Source: Lama glama
Taxonomy: Eukaryota
Length of the DNA: 64,000 nucleotides
Assembly (NCBI GenBank): GCA_028534125.1
Contig: CM052816.1
Coordinates: 61,382,001-61,446,000 of the forward strand
Direction of reading: 5' to 3'
Shown: one piece after another, positions 26,381 through 39,595 of the stretch
How positions within the stretch are numbered: the first letter of the stretch is position 1
Layout of the letters: each line of letters opens with the position of its first letter
Translations under genes and position numbers: made by a program
Notes under the pieces: generated by a model
Databases searched by the model: none
Told to the model about the DNA's origin: nothing
What the model saw: only the letters and a program-made list of their open reading frames with translations

Positions 26381-27212
26381 CACTGATTTAGATTTATAAA
26401 AAGCTAATGGAAACCCTTAACATCAGGGGAATGGAACTAGCTAATGTATTCTAGAAACTAAAGGATTCTTGAAAATCTAGAGCTTATTGTTAACCCCCTA
26501 TAGCCACACAGCCTTCTTTTGTGTTCCTCAGATACCTTCAGCATACTCCTGCCTCAGGGCCTTTATACTTACAGTTCCTTTTGCCTAGGACATTCTTTTG
26601 CTAGATAGTGACATAGGTTACATTTGCCTTCTCTCTCTGCTACTAAACTGTTAACTGATTAGAGAGGTCTTTCCATATCATCCTACCTAAAAAAGCCATC
26701 CCTGCTCCTCATTTCTATACTCTTGTTTTGACTTATTTTTACTTCATGGTACTTATCCCTCCCTGGGCTTACAAATTTGTTTCTCTGGATTCCTCTCTTT
26801 GTTCTGTTCACCTTTACATCCCTTTACATCTCTGACTCCTTCAACAATGCCTGGTGGTCAAAAACTGATCAATAAATGTTGACTAAGTGATATTAATTTG
26901 TGTCTCTTTTGTATAGTCTCCTTAGAAAAAAGACCTAATCTTCCTTTTTACTGAAAATTCACCATTAAATTGCCTTTCAGTATGAAATTAAAATTTATTG
27001 CTCAAACTCCTTATTTTTTTAATTTAACAGTGAAATATTACAAAGAACTTAGTACCTGCTGTATATTTCCCTTTCAAAGACTTTCTCCTGGGCTTTTTTG
27101 CTGTTGATGTCTGAATATATATTCTAGACCAATATGTAAATTTCACCATTGTTCAGAAATATTATTTATAGGATTAAAGACTAAGCAATTAATTTTAATT
27201 ATTTCATTTTAG

Positions 27213-27295
27213 TTCCAAAAATCGAGAGGTGACCTTGAATTGGTACTATCTACTATTCAGTCAAGGAATGAAAAGTTAAAGGAAGATTTGGAAAG
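27213..27295 (+). CDS. CENPK: CENPK coding exon 5
   Basis: FQKSRGDLELVLSTIQSRNEKLKEDLE+2 nt; tttag| acceptor, AG|GTATAT donor; 83 nt. Confidence 0.95.
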
Positions 27296-27389
27296 GTATA
27301 TTTAAAAGTACCATTAATCATTGATATATATTGACTTGTATTAATATTTTATTTGACTATTGTTTATTTTGTTTTTCCATGTTTTAAAG

Positions 27390-27488
27390 GGAGCAAAAAT
27401 GGTTGGATGAACAGCAACAGATACTGGAATCTCTTAGTGTACTACACAATGAATTGAAACATCCGGTTGTGACATTTTCTGAATCAAG
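27390..27488 (+). CDS. CENPK: CENPK coding exon 6
   Basis: (R)EQKWLDEQQQILESLSVLHNELKHPVVTFSES+2 nt; follows a 94-nt intron; 99 nt; AG|GTATTG donor. Confidence 0.95.
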
Positions 27489-27704
27489 GTATTGATTTTG
27501 TGTTCTAGGTTTTTAAATTAGGAGAAATTACTTCCTTTTACAAACTACATGAAACATGTAGATGAAAAAAAAGGTAAATTTTACCAGAAATTGTGAGTCT
27601 TACTCTAACTTTTGCTAATTGTTAGATTATGTAATCTTTTAATAATTCTTTGAGTAATTTGAATTTTAGTTTTCCTACACATTAAGTAGAGAATATTTCT
27701 CTCA

Positions 27705-28030
27705 AAAAAATGATGTAAATGAACTTATTTACAAACTGGAAATAGACTCATAGACATAGAAAACAAACTATGATTATTACCAGAAGGGAAAGGGAAGGAA
27801 AGGAGGGATAAATTAGGAGTTTTGGATTAACATATACACACTACTATATATCAAATAGGTAAACAATAGGACCCACTGTATAGCACAGGAAACTGTATAT
27901 TCAGTATCTTGTAATAACCTATAATGGAAAAGAATCTGAAAAAATATATATATACGTGTAACTGAATCACTTACTATACACCTGAAACTAACATAACATT
28001 GTAAGTCAACTATACTGCAATTAAAAAAAA
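27705..28030 (+). mobile_element. L1 3'UTR fragment (cetartiodactyl-type)
   Basis: gaacttatttacaaa ... gacatagaaaacaaac ... ctgtatagcacagg ... caactatactgcaattaaaaaaaa; homologous to 44095-44410. Confidence 0.9.
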
Positions 28031-28193
28031 GCCAGTTATTTGATTTGAAAGTTTTGGGAAAAAAACTGAAGTTTGAAAAAATATTTTGAAGTTTTAAAAA
28101 TATTTTTTGATCAACTTTATGAGTAACCAGTTGCATATACTTTTGTATTTTATCAGTGAAATATTTCTCTTAATTTATTTTGAAATCTGTTAG

Positions 28194-28320
28194 AATCTTT
28201 AATGAGCTGAAAACTAAAATGCGTGACATAAAAGAATATAAGGAAAAAATCTTGGTTACCTTGGGCGAGTTTCTAGAAGACCATTTTCCTCTGCCTGATA
28301 GAAATGTTAAAAAGAAAAAG
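28194..28320 (+). CDS. CENPK: CENPK coding exon 7
   Basis: (R)IFNELKTKMRDIKEYKEKILVTLGEFLEDHFPLPDRNVKKKK; gttag| acceptor, AAG|GTAAGT donor; 127 nt; overlaps ORF-track 28180..28362. Confidence 0.96.
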
Positions 28321-29759
28321 GTAAGTTTCAAAGAAGACATTAATGTAGATATTCTTATGTGAAATTGTTTCAGATAGGTTCAAGTGTAAATTTTCTGATA
28401 TATTTTTGTACATTATACATTTCAAAGATGTATACACATGGATGCATGTACAGAAATATTCAATGTACAGAAATATTCAATCATCAATCATATTATTGTA
28501 TTTGTTGAAAAATTAGAAGCAACCTAGTTACTCAATAAAATAGGACTAAATACTTTGTTTACATTGTATCCATATGATAGCAAAAATGCAGCTTTTAAAA
28601 ATAAGGTATCCAGCACTATCAAAGGAGTTTATAAAATGCTCACAGATTATTGTTAGATGGGAAAAACTCAGATGATTGAATTGTATGAGTCTAATTTGTA
28701 CCAAAAAATGTAATAATGCTTGTGTCTGGGGCTAGAATTGTAGGTGAGATTTGTTTTTGTTTTCATTTTTCCTTATGTTCCAAATTTTCCATAAAAAACA
28801 TATGTAACTTTTAAAATCGGAAAATATCTGTTAATTAGGGTAAGTTACTAGCTATTTTAATAGTAGTTATGATGGAATAAACCTTTTCCACAAAAGCAAA
28901 TGAGTATTTCATTGGGTGACAGAAGATTGGGAACAACACTTTAATTCCTTTTTTGAAAACAGTAAATGCACAACATTGTAAACTGATTATACTTCAATTA
29001 AAATAAGTAATTAATTAAAAAATAAAACCAGTATATGGTATAAATAAATGGAACTTGTAGAAATGAAATAGACACAAAGGATATCTTTGGCATATTTTTT
29101 AAAAATCTCAAGACTTGGTGGGGGATTTCTCCATTCTTCTGGGATGGAATGTTCTCTGTAGAAGTCTGAGGGCAGCCTGTAGATGTCTTGTTGCTTCTGA
29201 CTATATGCCCGAAGAGTTCTTTATCTTTGAACTTCAGTAACTTAACAGGGATATGTCAGTGTTGATCATTCAATATCAGTTTTGCTTTGAAGATGACATT
29301 GTTTCCAGGGGCAGATTTAGAAATCATTTCATGGAAATTTTATTTTATTATATCATATTCTTACGTTGAAACATTTTTTCTTTGTCTGCTTTCATTATAT
29401 TTTTCCTCTGGATTTTCTTGGATTGTCTCAAAGCTTTATATTTTCATTTGTGCCTAGCTGCTTCTTATTTCTTTATCAGTTCTATAATTGTGTTTACTTT
29501 CGTTACTAGTGAATGATATGCTGCTTTTTGCCATTTTTTCATTTAGTAAGGTATTAGGGGACAGATTTTGAGATCCAGCTTTACTGTCTTTAGTCAGGAA
29601 TCGCAGTTATTTTTTTTTTAACTGTTTCTTTAATGTGTTTGTATTTCCATAAGACCTTATAAGGACTCCATGGCAGTCTTTGACTTTTGTCAGGAAAGTA
29701 CTAGATGTTCCCATACTTGGAGACTTTGCAGTTAATTGAATAATTGAACTTAAAAGTTA

Positions 29760-30600
29760 ATGATTAGGTTTATTATTATCCTGGGAGATTTCTAGCAGTT
29801 TCCCTTAGAACCTTGTCCTAATGAACATTTTCAACAGTAATTTGGATAAAGAGGTAGAAGACATGGTCATTAAAGTTTACAAATGATGTGAAACTAAGAG
29901 GACTAGATAGTAAAGTTATTGGATGACAGAATTAAAGACTATGTTTTTCAACTGGCCAAAATAAAAGAGGATGGCCCAAATAAAATTGGATGATACTTAG
30001 TGGAGATTAGAATATCTTTCTTGGGTTTAAAATGTTCAGTAATGAAGGAGACATATCTTAGCTAAATATAATGAAAGAGACTTCAGCATTTTAGCTGATG
30101 GTGTTCTTAGATAAAGGTCGGCAGGGTGAAATAGATGTCCAGAAGCTAATGCAATCTCAAACTTAATGAATAGAATTCCAACATCTACAGGTATGGAAAT
30201 GAGTCTTTTCTTTTCATCTTTGATTTTCAAATCATACCTATACCATTGTGGAGACTGGATGTTTTTAAAAAGGCAAATGAGAGCACATTCAGAGAACAAC
30301 CATGATATTGAGGAGCTGCAAGTCTATGAAAAATAATTGAAGAAACTCCTGAAGACTAATATGGAGAAGACATGGAGCTCATAACAGCTGTCCTCAAATA
30401 TTTGAGGAACTCTTGGATAGAACTGGAATGAGATTTATTCTCTGTCATTCCAAGGAAAAAATAACTACTGAGTTGAGTTAACATTAGGAACTGTCAAAAA
30501 CTATAGAAAGATGAACAAGCCTCCCTGGGAAGCAAGTTTCCTGTCCTGAAGCTATGTAAATTTAGCCTGGAATGTCATTTGATTGAGATATTTTGATTCA
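29760..30600 (+). mobile_element. Ancient CR1/L3 LINE fragment
   Basis: 29812-29900 reads LVLMNIFNSNLDKEVEDMVIK/FTNDVKLRG (one frameshift), a relic of the CR1 RT motif LFNIFINDLD...KFADDTKLGG. Confidence 0.7.
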
Positions 30601-30948
30601 GAGGGTTCAAACAGTTTCTTTCAGGTGTGTTATAATACTTATAATATAATTTATCCATTATATGTTTATAGATAGACAGCCTGAATTGTGTCTTCTGGTA
30701 ATTGCAAAAGATTTCCCTGTCTTAGAGGTTGTTTCAACTATATTTTTATGAACCTTACTATTTAGTATAAGCAGGTTGCTTTTTTCAGAATTCTTAAATC
30801 ATATAATTATAAATGCCTGGTTTTAATATAACTTGTATCATTGTGATTGAGAAATATAATTTAAAAATTTTTAAATAAATACAGTCTAGTATTCTGCCAT
30901 TGGCTGAATCAAAATGTTAATTCTTTGTTATTCGTACTTCTCTCAAAG

Positions 30949-31002
30949 AAAAACATTCAAGAGTCAACTGCACAGCTGATAACACTGCATGAAATTTTGG
31001 AG
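30949..31002 (+). CDS. CENPK: CENPK coding exon 8
   Basis: KNIQESTAQLITLHEILE; caaag| acceptor, GAG|GTAAGC donor; 54 nt. Confidence 0.94.
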
Positions 31003-33491
31003 GTAAGCGTTTTGTGTGGTTGTTTTGTCTTTAAGATGTCTCTTAATTAGTGATTTGTGAGCAATTATATGTAGGCTTGAAAATGAAAAAATGTGGCTTT
31101 AGTTCTTAAGGTATACACCAATTTTTATTAAATATGTGTATATTTATTTGTCTTTAGAGTAAAATTAGTTTCTATTTTTTATAAAATACTAGAAAGAATA
31201 TTATTTTTTAAAAGAAGATGAAATTGATGCTTGCCCTTAATCATATTATCAAGTTTATTACTTTAAGAACATTTTAATAATATTATTTATTATCTACACA
31301 GTGAAGCCCTATGGTTTTACATTGATGTAATCTTTAGTTGGCAACTCTGTATTCTATCTAAAATACGTAAGTTAGTTTAAGGATTCTTTCCACAAAGTTG
31401 CAGACATTTGTGCACAAGTTTTCCGTAAATAACACCACCTCCTTTTTTTCATAATGTTAGGACTGAGTAATTCCAATTTCTACTTCACATTTACTTTTTT
31501 TTTTTACCAATATCTTGGACCTTTTTAAAAAAAAGTTTTGAACTTCAGCCAAATTATTAAATATATTAAATATTTTAGAATATCTTGATAAGACAATCTA
31601 TTGCAAATTAGACAGACAGGAAAGTAAATAGTCTGTGAAGAGCTATTTAATGACTAATGTAGCTTTTAAAAATCATTGGTAAGTTTAGAAGAAAGTAGTT
31701 TTAGAAAACTTGTTTTATTATAACTAAATTGGATGCCAAAGTTTCTAGTTTTTCCAGCTAAGTGGTTTTGATGCTTCAGGATATCTTAATATAAAATATT
31801 GCTTTGAAAGCAGAATGCAAATATTTATTAGATTTGTGGTTAGAATCTTTTTAACATATTTCTATTTGCTCCATTTTATACTGAAACTAAAAATACTACT
31901 ATTTCTCATGGATGACTTAACTTTTTAATAAAGATTGTCATATATGTGGCAAATATTGACAGTTATTAACTGGAAAGTACATGTGTGATTTTTCAGTAGT
32001 GTACTATGGGATACTATATAAAACTTAGAAACCATTTTTGTCTCTAAGGATTATGTTATCAATGATAGAAGGAAAAATTTAAACTGCAGTCAGTGAAGAA
32101 TGAAACAATATACATGTTCATCTTAAAGTAGAATTTTTAGCATTTAATTGTTTCTGGCATCTACTATAATTTTGATTAAAATAATTGAAGATAGACATGA
32201 AAAGTAAGAAAGATTTTAAATCGTGTTAAAATAATCAGTTGCTCTAAAATAGGACTAATATTTAATTCTTTTATTGCCATACCTAATAGAAATGAGACCA
32301 AAAGCTTTTTATCCAGGATGTGGTAGTTGAAATAGCTAAAGTTAATGACAAATGAAATTTTATTTCAAGAATTGAGATATTGATATTATTATGAAATGTC
32401 ATTGAGATGAGAGCTTTATAGTTGGTTTACCATTTAATTTTCTGTGGAATTTTATATTTGTATAAATTGTACTTTTCCTTTTCTGTGTTTCTTAAAATAA
32501 TATCTTTAAGTTAAAGCCTTGGCCTGGCAATTCAGAGATACAGAGTCTAATCCATAAATCTGCTATTACTTATGTGCCCTTTGAGGAATCTTTTAACTCT
32601 TTTGAATTCTGGCTTTGTAAATTATGAAGGCACTGTGTGGGAGCTGAAGAGGTAGAGTAATAATTGATATACATTTAGTATTTTTAAGTATGTTTCATAG
32701 AATGTCAGTGTCCAGAGAATTTAAATATGTCCCCTTGGAAAAACTTCTATAATGCCAGTGGATCTGAGAAAGACGGGTGATTCTCAGTGCACATTAGCAA
32801 TCTTTGCTCAGCTTGTTTAACCACAGAACCCTGTTTCTCAAGACTAAGAGAATTCTCATGGAGACCAATTCCATGGAATGCCCTTTGGGAAGTGTTAGTC
32901 TTATATAATTTATACGAATACTCAAAACTTCTCAGTTTGTGGTTATAACCCCTCAGTATCCTCAGTGAAAAAAATCAAAGGTATTTAAGATGAATTTGAA
33001 GGAAATGATGATGATAGAATTATTGTTTTGAGGATTTATGGGATGAGTCAGTGGTTTTTTTTTGATGTGAGAGGTGGGGGAAGGGTTGGTGATTTCTTTC
33101 CCCCAAACATTAAGACATGCATGCTGTGTTTTTGAACTCTATGTGTATTTTGTTGAGTATTTAATTTTTAATTTTTATTTTTAAGAAATTGTTATAACCA
33201 AACTTCTAACATAAACATAAACATAACATAAAGAGAAGTGGGAAAATTGTAAATGCCTTTTAACCAGTGTTTAGGAAATGTTTTTAAAAGTTAAGATGCA
33301 GCGGTTCATTTTAAAGCTTTTTCTATTTACTAATATTTGCAATTAAAAAATCAATAATTGAGTACATAGAAATGATAAAAAGTTCAAAGAGAAAAGAGAC
33401 CAACATTCTTTGGTAAAAAACTTAATGTTTTATTATGGCTATATCAATTTTTTCCCAAGTAAGGTATATTTTGAATGATATTTTTTCCTAG

Positions 33492-33650
33492 ATTCTTTTA
33501 AATAGATTATTTGATGTTCCACATGACCCATATGTCAAAATTAGTGATTCTTTTTGGCCACCTTATATTGAGCTACTCCTGCGTAATGGAATTGCCTTGA
33601 GACACCCAGAAGATCCAACCCGAATAAGATTAGAAGCCTTCCATCAGTAG
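33492..33650 (+). CDS. CENPK: CENPK last coding exon (with stop codon)
   Basis: ILLNRLFDVPHDPYVKISDSFWPPYIELLLRNGIALRHPEDPTRIRLEAFHQ*, the conserved CENP-K C-terminus. Coding exons sum to 816 nt = 271 aa + TAG. Confidence 0.97.
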   Translation: MLLNRLFDVPHDPYVKISDSFWPPYIELLLRNGIALRHPEDPTRIRLEAFHQ

Positions 33651-33837
33651 AAGGATGGTCTTTTTTCACAGTACTTAAAGAATCTTGTCATTCAAGGATA
33701 ATGGAAACACTGAGGGCTACTTGGAGAAAGAACATTATTTGCAAATCAAATGATATGGTTTTGAAATTTTAACCATGTAAATGTCATTACATATTTTTTA
33801 AAAGATCAAAAAGTGAAGAGCAAATTATGAAATTCAA

Positions 33838-33843
33838 AATAAA
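33838..33843 (+). terminator. Candidate proximal polyadenylation signal of CENPK
   Basis: AATAAA about 190 nt after the stop codon, inside the direct-repeat-flanked insertion described in findings. Confidence 0.4.
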
Positions 33844-34479
33844 CTGAAACATGAACCAAAAAAAAAATTATTTGCAAATCAAAGTACATAGGCCATCTTC
33901 CTTTTATGCTTAAAATAACACATGCTGCCGCCTACTATTCATTTAAAAATGGTCCTTTCACATTCAGTCAGTGCTTTGGTGTTTTCAGCTGGATGGACAA
34001 GAATGCAAGTAAAAAATACTCTAGAATTAATCATTATAAAACTTTAAGTGTACTTTACGTCTATGGAAAATTCTTTGTTAATTTATAATATTGTTAATGT
34101 AACATTATTCTTTTGAAATTCATGAATTTCTTTTACACATTTTGATTTCTGTTTGGTGCTTACATCCTTTAAATTTAGAATTATAATGGAAAGTCCACTT
34201 AACTTGCAAGATGTTCAAAAATTGACTTAGTGTCTCACGTAGAAGGAAGTATAATTTAGAATTATTTAGTAAATCTGTTCCATGTATCCTGCCATATTTC
34301 TTGACTTGTTAAAAATTGGAATATAAAAGAACTAATGGATAAAGGTAGCATGAAAACTATATTTTAATGTGTATTATATTACAGGTGATACTGTGTATTA
34401 AACCATTCTTGATTCTGTTAATTGTTTCTAACAAAATTGTGTTCATAAAATTTTGTTAATCCTCTGTGACTGTTCTGGA

Positions 34480-34485
34480 AATAAA
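34480..34485 (+). terminator. Candidate distal polyadenylation signal of CENPK
   Basis: AATAAA followed about 20 nt later by a U/GU-rich stretch (tcttttttggtgatgtgg). Confidence 0.5.
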
Positions 34486-35344
34486 ATTCTCATTTTAAAA
34501 TCTATCTTTTTTGGTGATGTGGCATGATATTTTAGAAGATTAAACAGACTTTTTCATAGGTTGATGAATGAAGATATTCTAGAACTACATACAAGCTAAA
34601 CGGGAGAATTCCAAACCCTTTTTGTACTAATAATTTTCTAAGAGGACTTAGTACATACTTTTGTATTTGAAATGCTTTCTACTGTAGTATATTATCCACA
34701 TTTCTTGCTTACCTTCAATACTTTATCTTTTCCAAAGTAAACAAATACTATTCCAAGTATACCATGTCCCTTTTTTAGCAAATACAAATACTGTTCAATA
34801 TTTTAGAAAATGTAAGTTTTTTTATGGGGAGATGACACATAAAACCAGCTTCCTCGAATACTCCAGGTGGGAGTCAAAGGAATGAGCAACTTTATTCCTT
34901 GAAGCTGCCGCAGAAGGGAGAAGTCTGGCATGAATTCTACAGAGCAGGTAGTACTGTTGTCCGTGAACTTCTCTGTATTGCAGGTTACAGAAAGAAATAG
35001 GTAAAGGCAAAAAACAACTTGATGACTTATTCAGCAAGCCTTTATTTCAAATAAATTTATCGGTTAGGATCTTTTTACTACAGAATTTCTATAAAAGTTT
35101 AAAGAAAACTACGATGATTGCATCCTGCTTCTTAATTTGTTAACCCAGGCTTCTTATGTAACAAGATTTTTGTCCGCTTTTGATCTCAATCATAAACAAG
35201 TTAAATTGTAGTAGAATGAGTCTTAACTTGTATTCCATCTAAGCTTAGAGCCCTTGAAGCTTTTGTGGCTTTGAGTATGTTGGAGAAGATGTTTCAAGTT
35301 CTGAGGACCTATATGTAGGAGCCATCAATACTGATGGCAGAAAC

Positions 35345-38330
35345 ATTAAGAGTGTAATAAAGGAGTATTACAAGTAACTCTGTGCCCACAAATTTTATAA
35401 CTTGGATGAAATGGGCTAATTCTTTGAAAGACAGAATCTACCAAAACTCACACAAGGAAAGATAACTACTCTCCAAAAGCTTTTATCTGTTGAAGAAATT
35501 GAATGAATAATTAATAAGCTGCCACAACAGATAACATCAGGCCCAGATGGTTTCACTGGTGAATTTTACCAAACATTCAAGAAGAAAGTAATGCCAATTC
35601 TGTATAATCTCTTCCAAAAAATAGAAGAAAACTCATTCTGTGAAGCCAGCATTACCCTAATACCAAAATCAGAGAAAGACATTTTAAGAAAGGAAAGCTA
35701 CAGACAAATATCTTTCATGAACATAGATAAAAAAAATCCTCAACAAAATAATCAAATTCAACAAGAAAATCAAATTTAATTCAACAAATAATCAAAAAAA
35801 ATTATGTACCATGGCCAAATGGTATTTATTCCAGGTATGCAAGACTGGTTCAGCATTCAAAAATCAATGAATTTAATCTATCATGTCATCAAACTAAAAC
35901 AGAAAAATCATACCCATGGATTACAGAAAGGCTATTTGACAAAATATGATACCCATCCATGATGAAAACTCTTAGCAAGCTAAGAGTAGAAAGGAACTTC
36001 CTTAGCTTGATAAAGAACATCTACAACCTTATGTTGTTATTAAAAAATTCTACAGAAAACTAAGAGCTAACATACTTAATGGAAACTAGATTCTTTCTCT
36101 CTAAGATTAGGAACAAGGCAAGAATGTCTCTTCTCACTACAGCTAATCAACATTGTACTGGAATTTTCTACCTAATCCAGTAAGTCACACAACATCCCAA
36201 GAATCAACAAAAAAATCTCTTAGAACTAAAGACCAATAGCAATATTGCAGGATACAAAGTTAACATAAGAAAGTCAGTTGTTATCTGTATACCTGAAACT
36301 CAAAACATTATTACAATAGAGCAAAAAATATGTACAAGATTTACATGAGGAAACCTACCAAAGTTATAAAAGAAATCAAAGAAGATCTAAATAGATGGAA
36401 AGATATTCCATGTTTATGGATAGTAAAACTCCATATTGTTAAGTCTTAATTCTTTCCAAATTGATTTATAGGTTTAATGCAACCCCAATCAAAATACTGG
36501 CAAGCTACTTTGTGGAAATCAACAAATTAATTTTAACTATATGGAAAGGCAAAAGACTCAATAGCTGCCACAGTATTAAAGAAGAAGAACAAAGTGGAAG
36601 GATTGACAGCAACCTTAAGACTGAGTATAAAGCTACAGTAACCAAGACTGTGATATTGGTGAAAAAGCAGATCACTGAAACAGAATATAGAGCTCAGAAT
36701 TATACCATACAAATATGGTCAGCTGATCTCTGATAAAGAAGCAAAGGCAATCCAGTGGAGAAAGCTTACACTTTTTCAACAGATGGTGCTAGAACAACAA
36801 TACCTTGACATGCAAAAATGAAAAAAAGAAAGAAAGAAAATAGACACTAACATACTGACATTACATCTTTAAAATTTATTTTATTTTCATTTTTTTGGAG
36901 GGGAAGGGAATTAATTTATTTATCTTAATGTAGGTACTGGGGATTGAACCCAGGACCTCGTGCATGCTAAGCAGGTACTCTACCACTGAGCTATACTCTC
37001 CCTTTCTGACATTACATCTTTAACAAAAATTAACTCAAAATGGATCAGAGACATAAATGTAAAATGCACAACTATAAAACTTCTAGAAAATAACATAAGA
37101 GAAAATATAGTTTGACCTTGTGTTTGATGAAGGCTTTTTAGATAAAACACCAAAAGCACAATCCATGAAAGAAAAAAATTGATAAATTGGACTTTATTAA
37201 AATTAAAAACTTATGATCTGTTAAAGGCACTGTTACAATGGAAAAACTAAGCCACAGGTTGGGAGAAAATATTTGTAAACCATGTATCTGAAAAAGATAA
37301 CATAGAATACATCAAAATATACAAAGAACTCTTAAAACTCAACAGTAAGATAACAGAAATCCCAATTAACATGCACAAAATGTCTAAACAGACAACTCAC
37401 CAAACAAAATGTACAGATGGCAAATAAGCAGATGCAATGATCTCCACATTCATAGAAATGTAAATTAAACAACAGTGAGATACCACTGCACACCTATTAG
37501 AATGGCCAAAATCCAAAACATTGACAACATCAAATGCTGACAAGGATGTGGAGCAACAGGAACGCTCATGTATTGCTGATGGGAATGCAAAATGATACAG
37601 CACTTTGGAAAAAAATTTCGCAGTTTCTTCCAGTACTAAGCATACTTTTTCTATACAGCCCACCAATTATGCTCCTTGATATTTACCCAAATGAGTTGAA
37701 AACTTATGTCCATACAAAATCCTGCACACGAATGTGTGTAGCAAGCTTTTTTCCTAATTGCCAAAGGCTGGAAGCAACCCAAATGTTCTTTAATAAGTGA
37801 ATGGATAAATATACATCCATAAAATGGAATATTATTCAATCATGAAAAGAAATGAGCTATTAAGCCACAAAAAGACATGGAGGAAACTTAAATGCATATT
37901 CCTGAGTGAAAGAAGCCAATCTGAAAAGGCTACACATACTGTGTGATTCCAGCTGTATGACATTCTGGAAAAGGCAAAACTATGGAGACATTTTAAAGAT
38001 CAGTGGTTGCCAAAGGTGGCTTCAGGGGGTTGGTAGCAGGGAGGGCCAGGAGAGATGGAGTAAATAGTATTGTGAATATTTAGGGCAGTGAAACTATTCT
38101 TTATGATCCTGTAATGGTGAATACATAACACTATGCATTTGTCAAAACCCATAGAACTCTACAGTACAAAGAATGAATCCTAATGTAAACTATGGACTTT
38201 AGTTAATAGTAATGTGTCAGTATTAGTTCATCAGTTGTAGCAAGTGTAAAACACAAATATAAGACGTTAATGATAGTGGAAACTGTGCAGGGGGAAAGGG
38301 ATCCTAGAACTGAAAGTGTATGTGAGTTAA
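35345..38330 (+). mobile_element. L1 (ORF2 and 3'UTR, L1MB-like), degenerate
   Basis: ggcccagatggtttcactggtgaatt (GPDGFTGEF); ORF fragments MPILYNLFQKIEE..SITLIPK and IYRFNATPIKI. Confidence 0.92.
36873..37005 (-). mobile_element. tRNA-derived SINE (Vic-1-like) nested in L1 with a perfect TSD
   Basis: 18-bp TSD ctgacattacatctttaa at 36855-36872 and 37006-37023. Confidence 0.93.
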
Positions 38331-39595
38331 TGTTTTAATGTGAAACACTTTATTATAGCACTGCAAATAACAGGAGCATCAACATTGTGCTGGGTTTCTC
38401 TGTACCAAGTCACACTGAGCAATAAGGTGGGTGCTACACATGCAGTGGGTTTTGCCATAGTTAAGGAAGCCAGGACCAAAGAGTACTTAGCAACCTCTGT
38501 AGCAAGCAGCAAACAAGCCAGTCCTCCTTAGGGGGAGCAAATACTTAGGTTAGTCATGCAGTGGTTACCTTGACACATTTAGTTGTCTATGTGACTAGTT
38601 CCAGAAAGTGCTCAATATTAGAATATGGGTAAACCCTGTAGTTTTGCACTTAGCAAAAGCATGCAGGAATGCTCTTGGCCCAAGGAGGACTGCCTCTTCT
38701 AATATATATACCAACAGATGAGACCAAACATTTTAATTATATCAATGAGAATCCTCTTAACTCGCATACCAAAACCCAATTACCTTATGCAAGAGATATA
38801 CCCAAAACAAAATAATTCAGAAAGGTTAAACATAAAAGGATAGAAAAAGTCTATAATGCAAATGGAAATTTTTTTGCCCACTTAAAAATTGAATTGCCTG
38901 TCGTTGAGTTTTGAAAGCTTTTGTGCATTCTGAATACAAGTCCTTTATCAGATATAGAATTTACAAATATTAGATAGGATTTACAAATATTGGATAAGAA
39001 AAAACCAATATTGGAAAAACTACTGAAATTTGAGTAGGGTCTACAATTTAGTTAATAGTATTGTACCAATGTTGGTTTACTGGATTTAATAGTTTTAATG
39101 CAGTTATGTAAGATGTTTATATTAGGGAAGCCACATGAGGGACAAATGGAAACACTACTTTTGCAGCTTTAAAATTACGTTAAAATAAAAAGCTAAAAAA
39201 AAGACTTCAAAGTGATACAATGAGTTCTCACATTAGTGTACTCTTCTAAGATATGACATGTACAGGTAAAATTTCAAAGAGCAAAGATGAGGAGAAATAC
39301 ATAGAAAGACTTAAGAACTAGGTAAACATATTAGTGGATCAGAAATCAGAAGAGAAAGAGAAAGTTGTGAGTGGAAGTGATGCCACAGTCATATATGCCT
39401 CTGGATTTAGAAGTACTTACTGTGAGAATTTGGTTCTTTCCTGGTAATGAATATTAAAACTTTTCTAGATGAGAAACAGGAGTAGAATCAAGGTCACTGA
39501 TTGAAGATAAGGGCTTAAGTGAGTCTTTTCACACCCAAAACCTTGTGAAAGGAGGTTTAAAACAAAAACAACTACTACTATGGCTTATAATGTGC

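Noticed and set aside
34984..35000. Possible 17-nt micro-exon downstream of CENPK (ttgcag|...|gtaaag)
   Set aside because: Such splice-like pairs occur by chance; it lies beyond the likely poly(A) sites and there is no supporting evidence.
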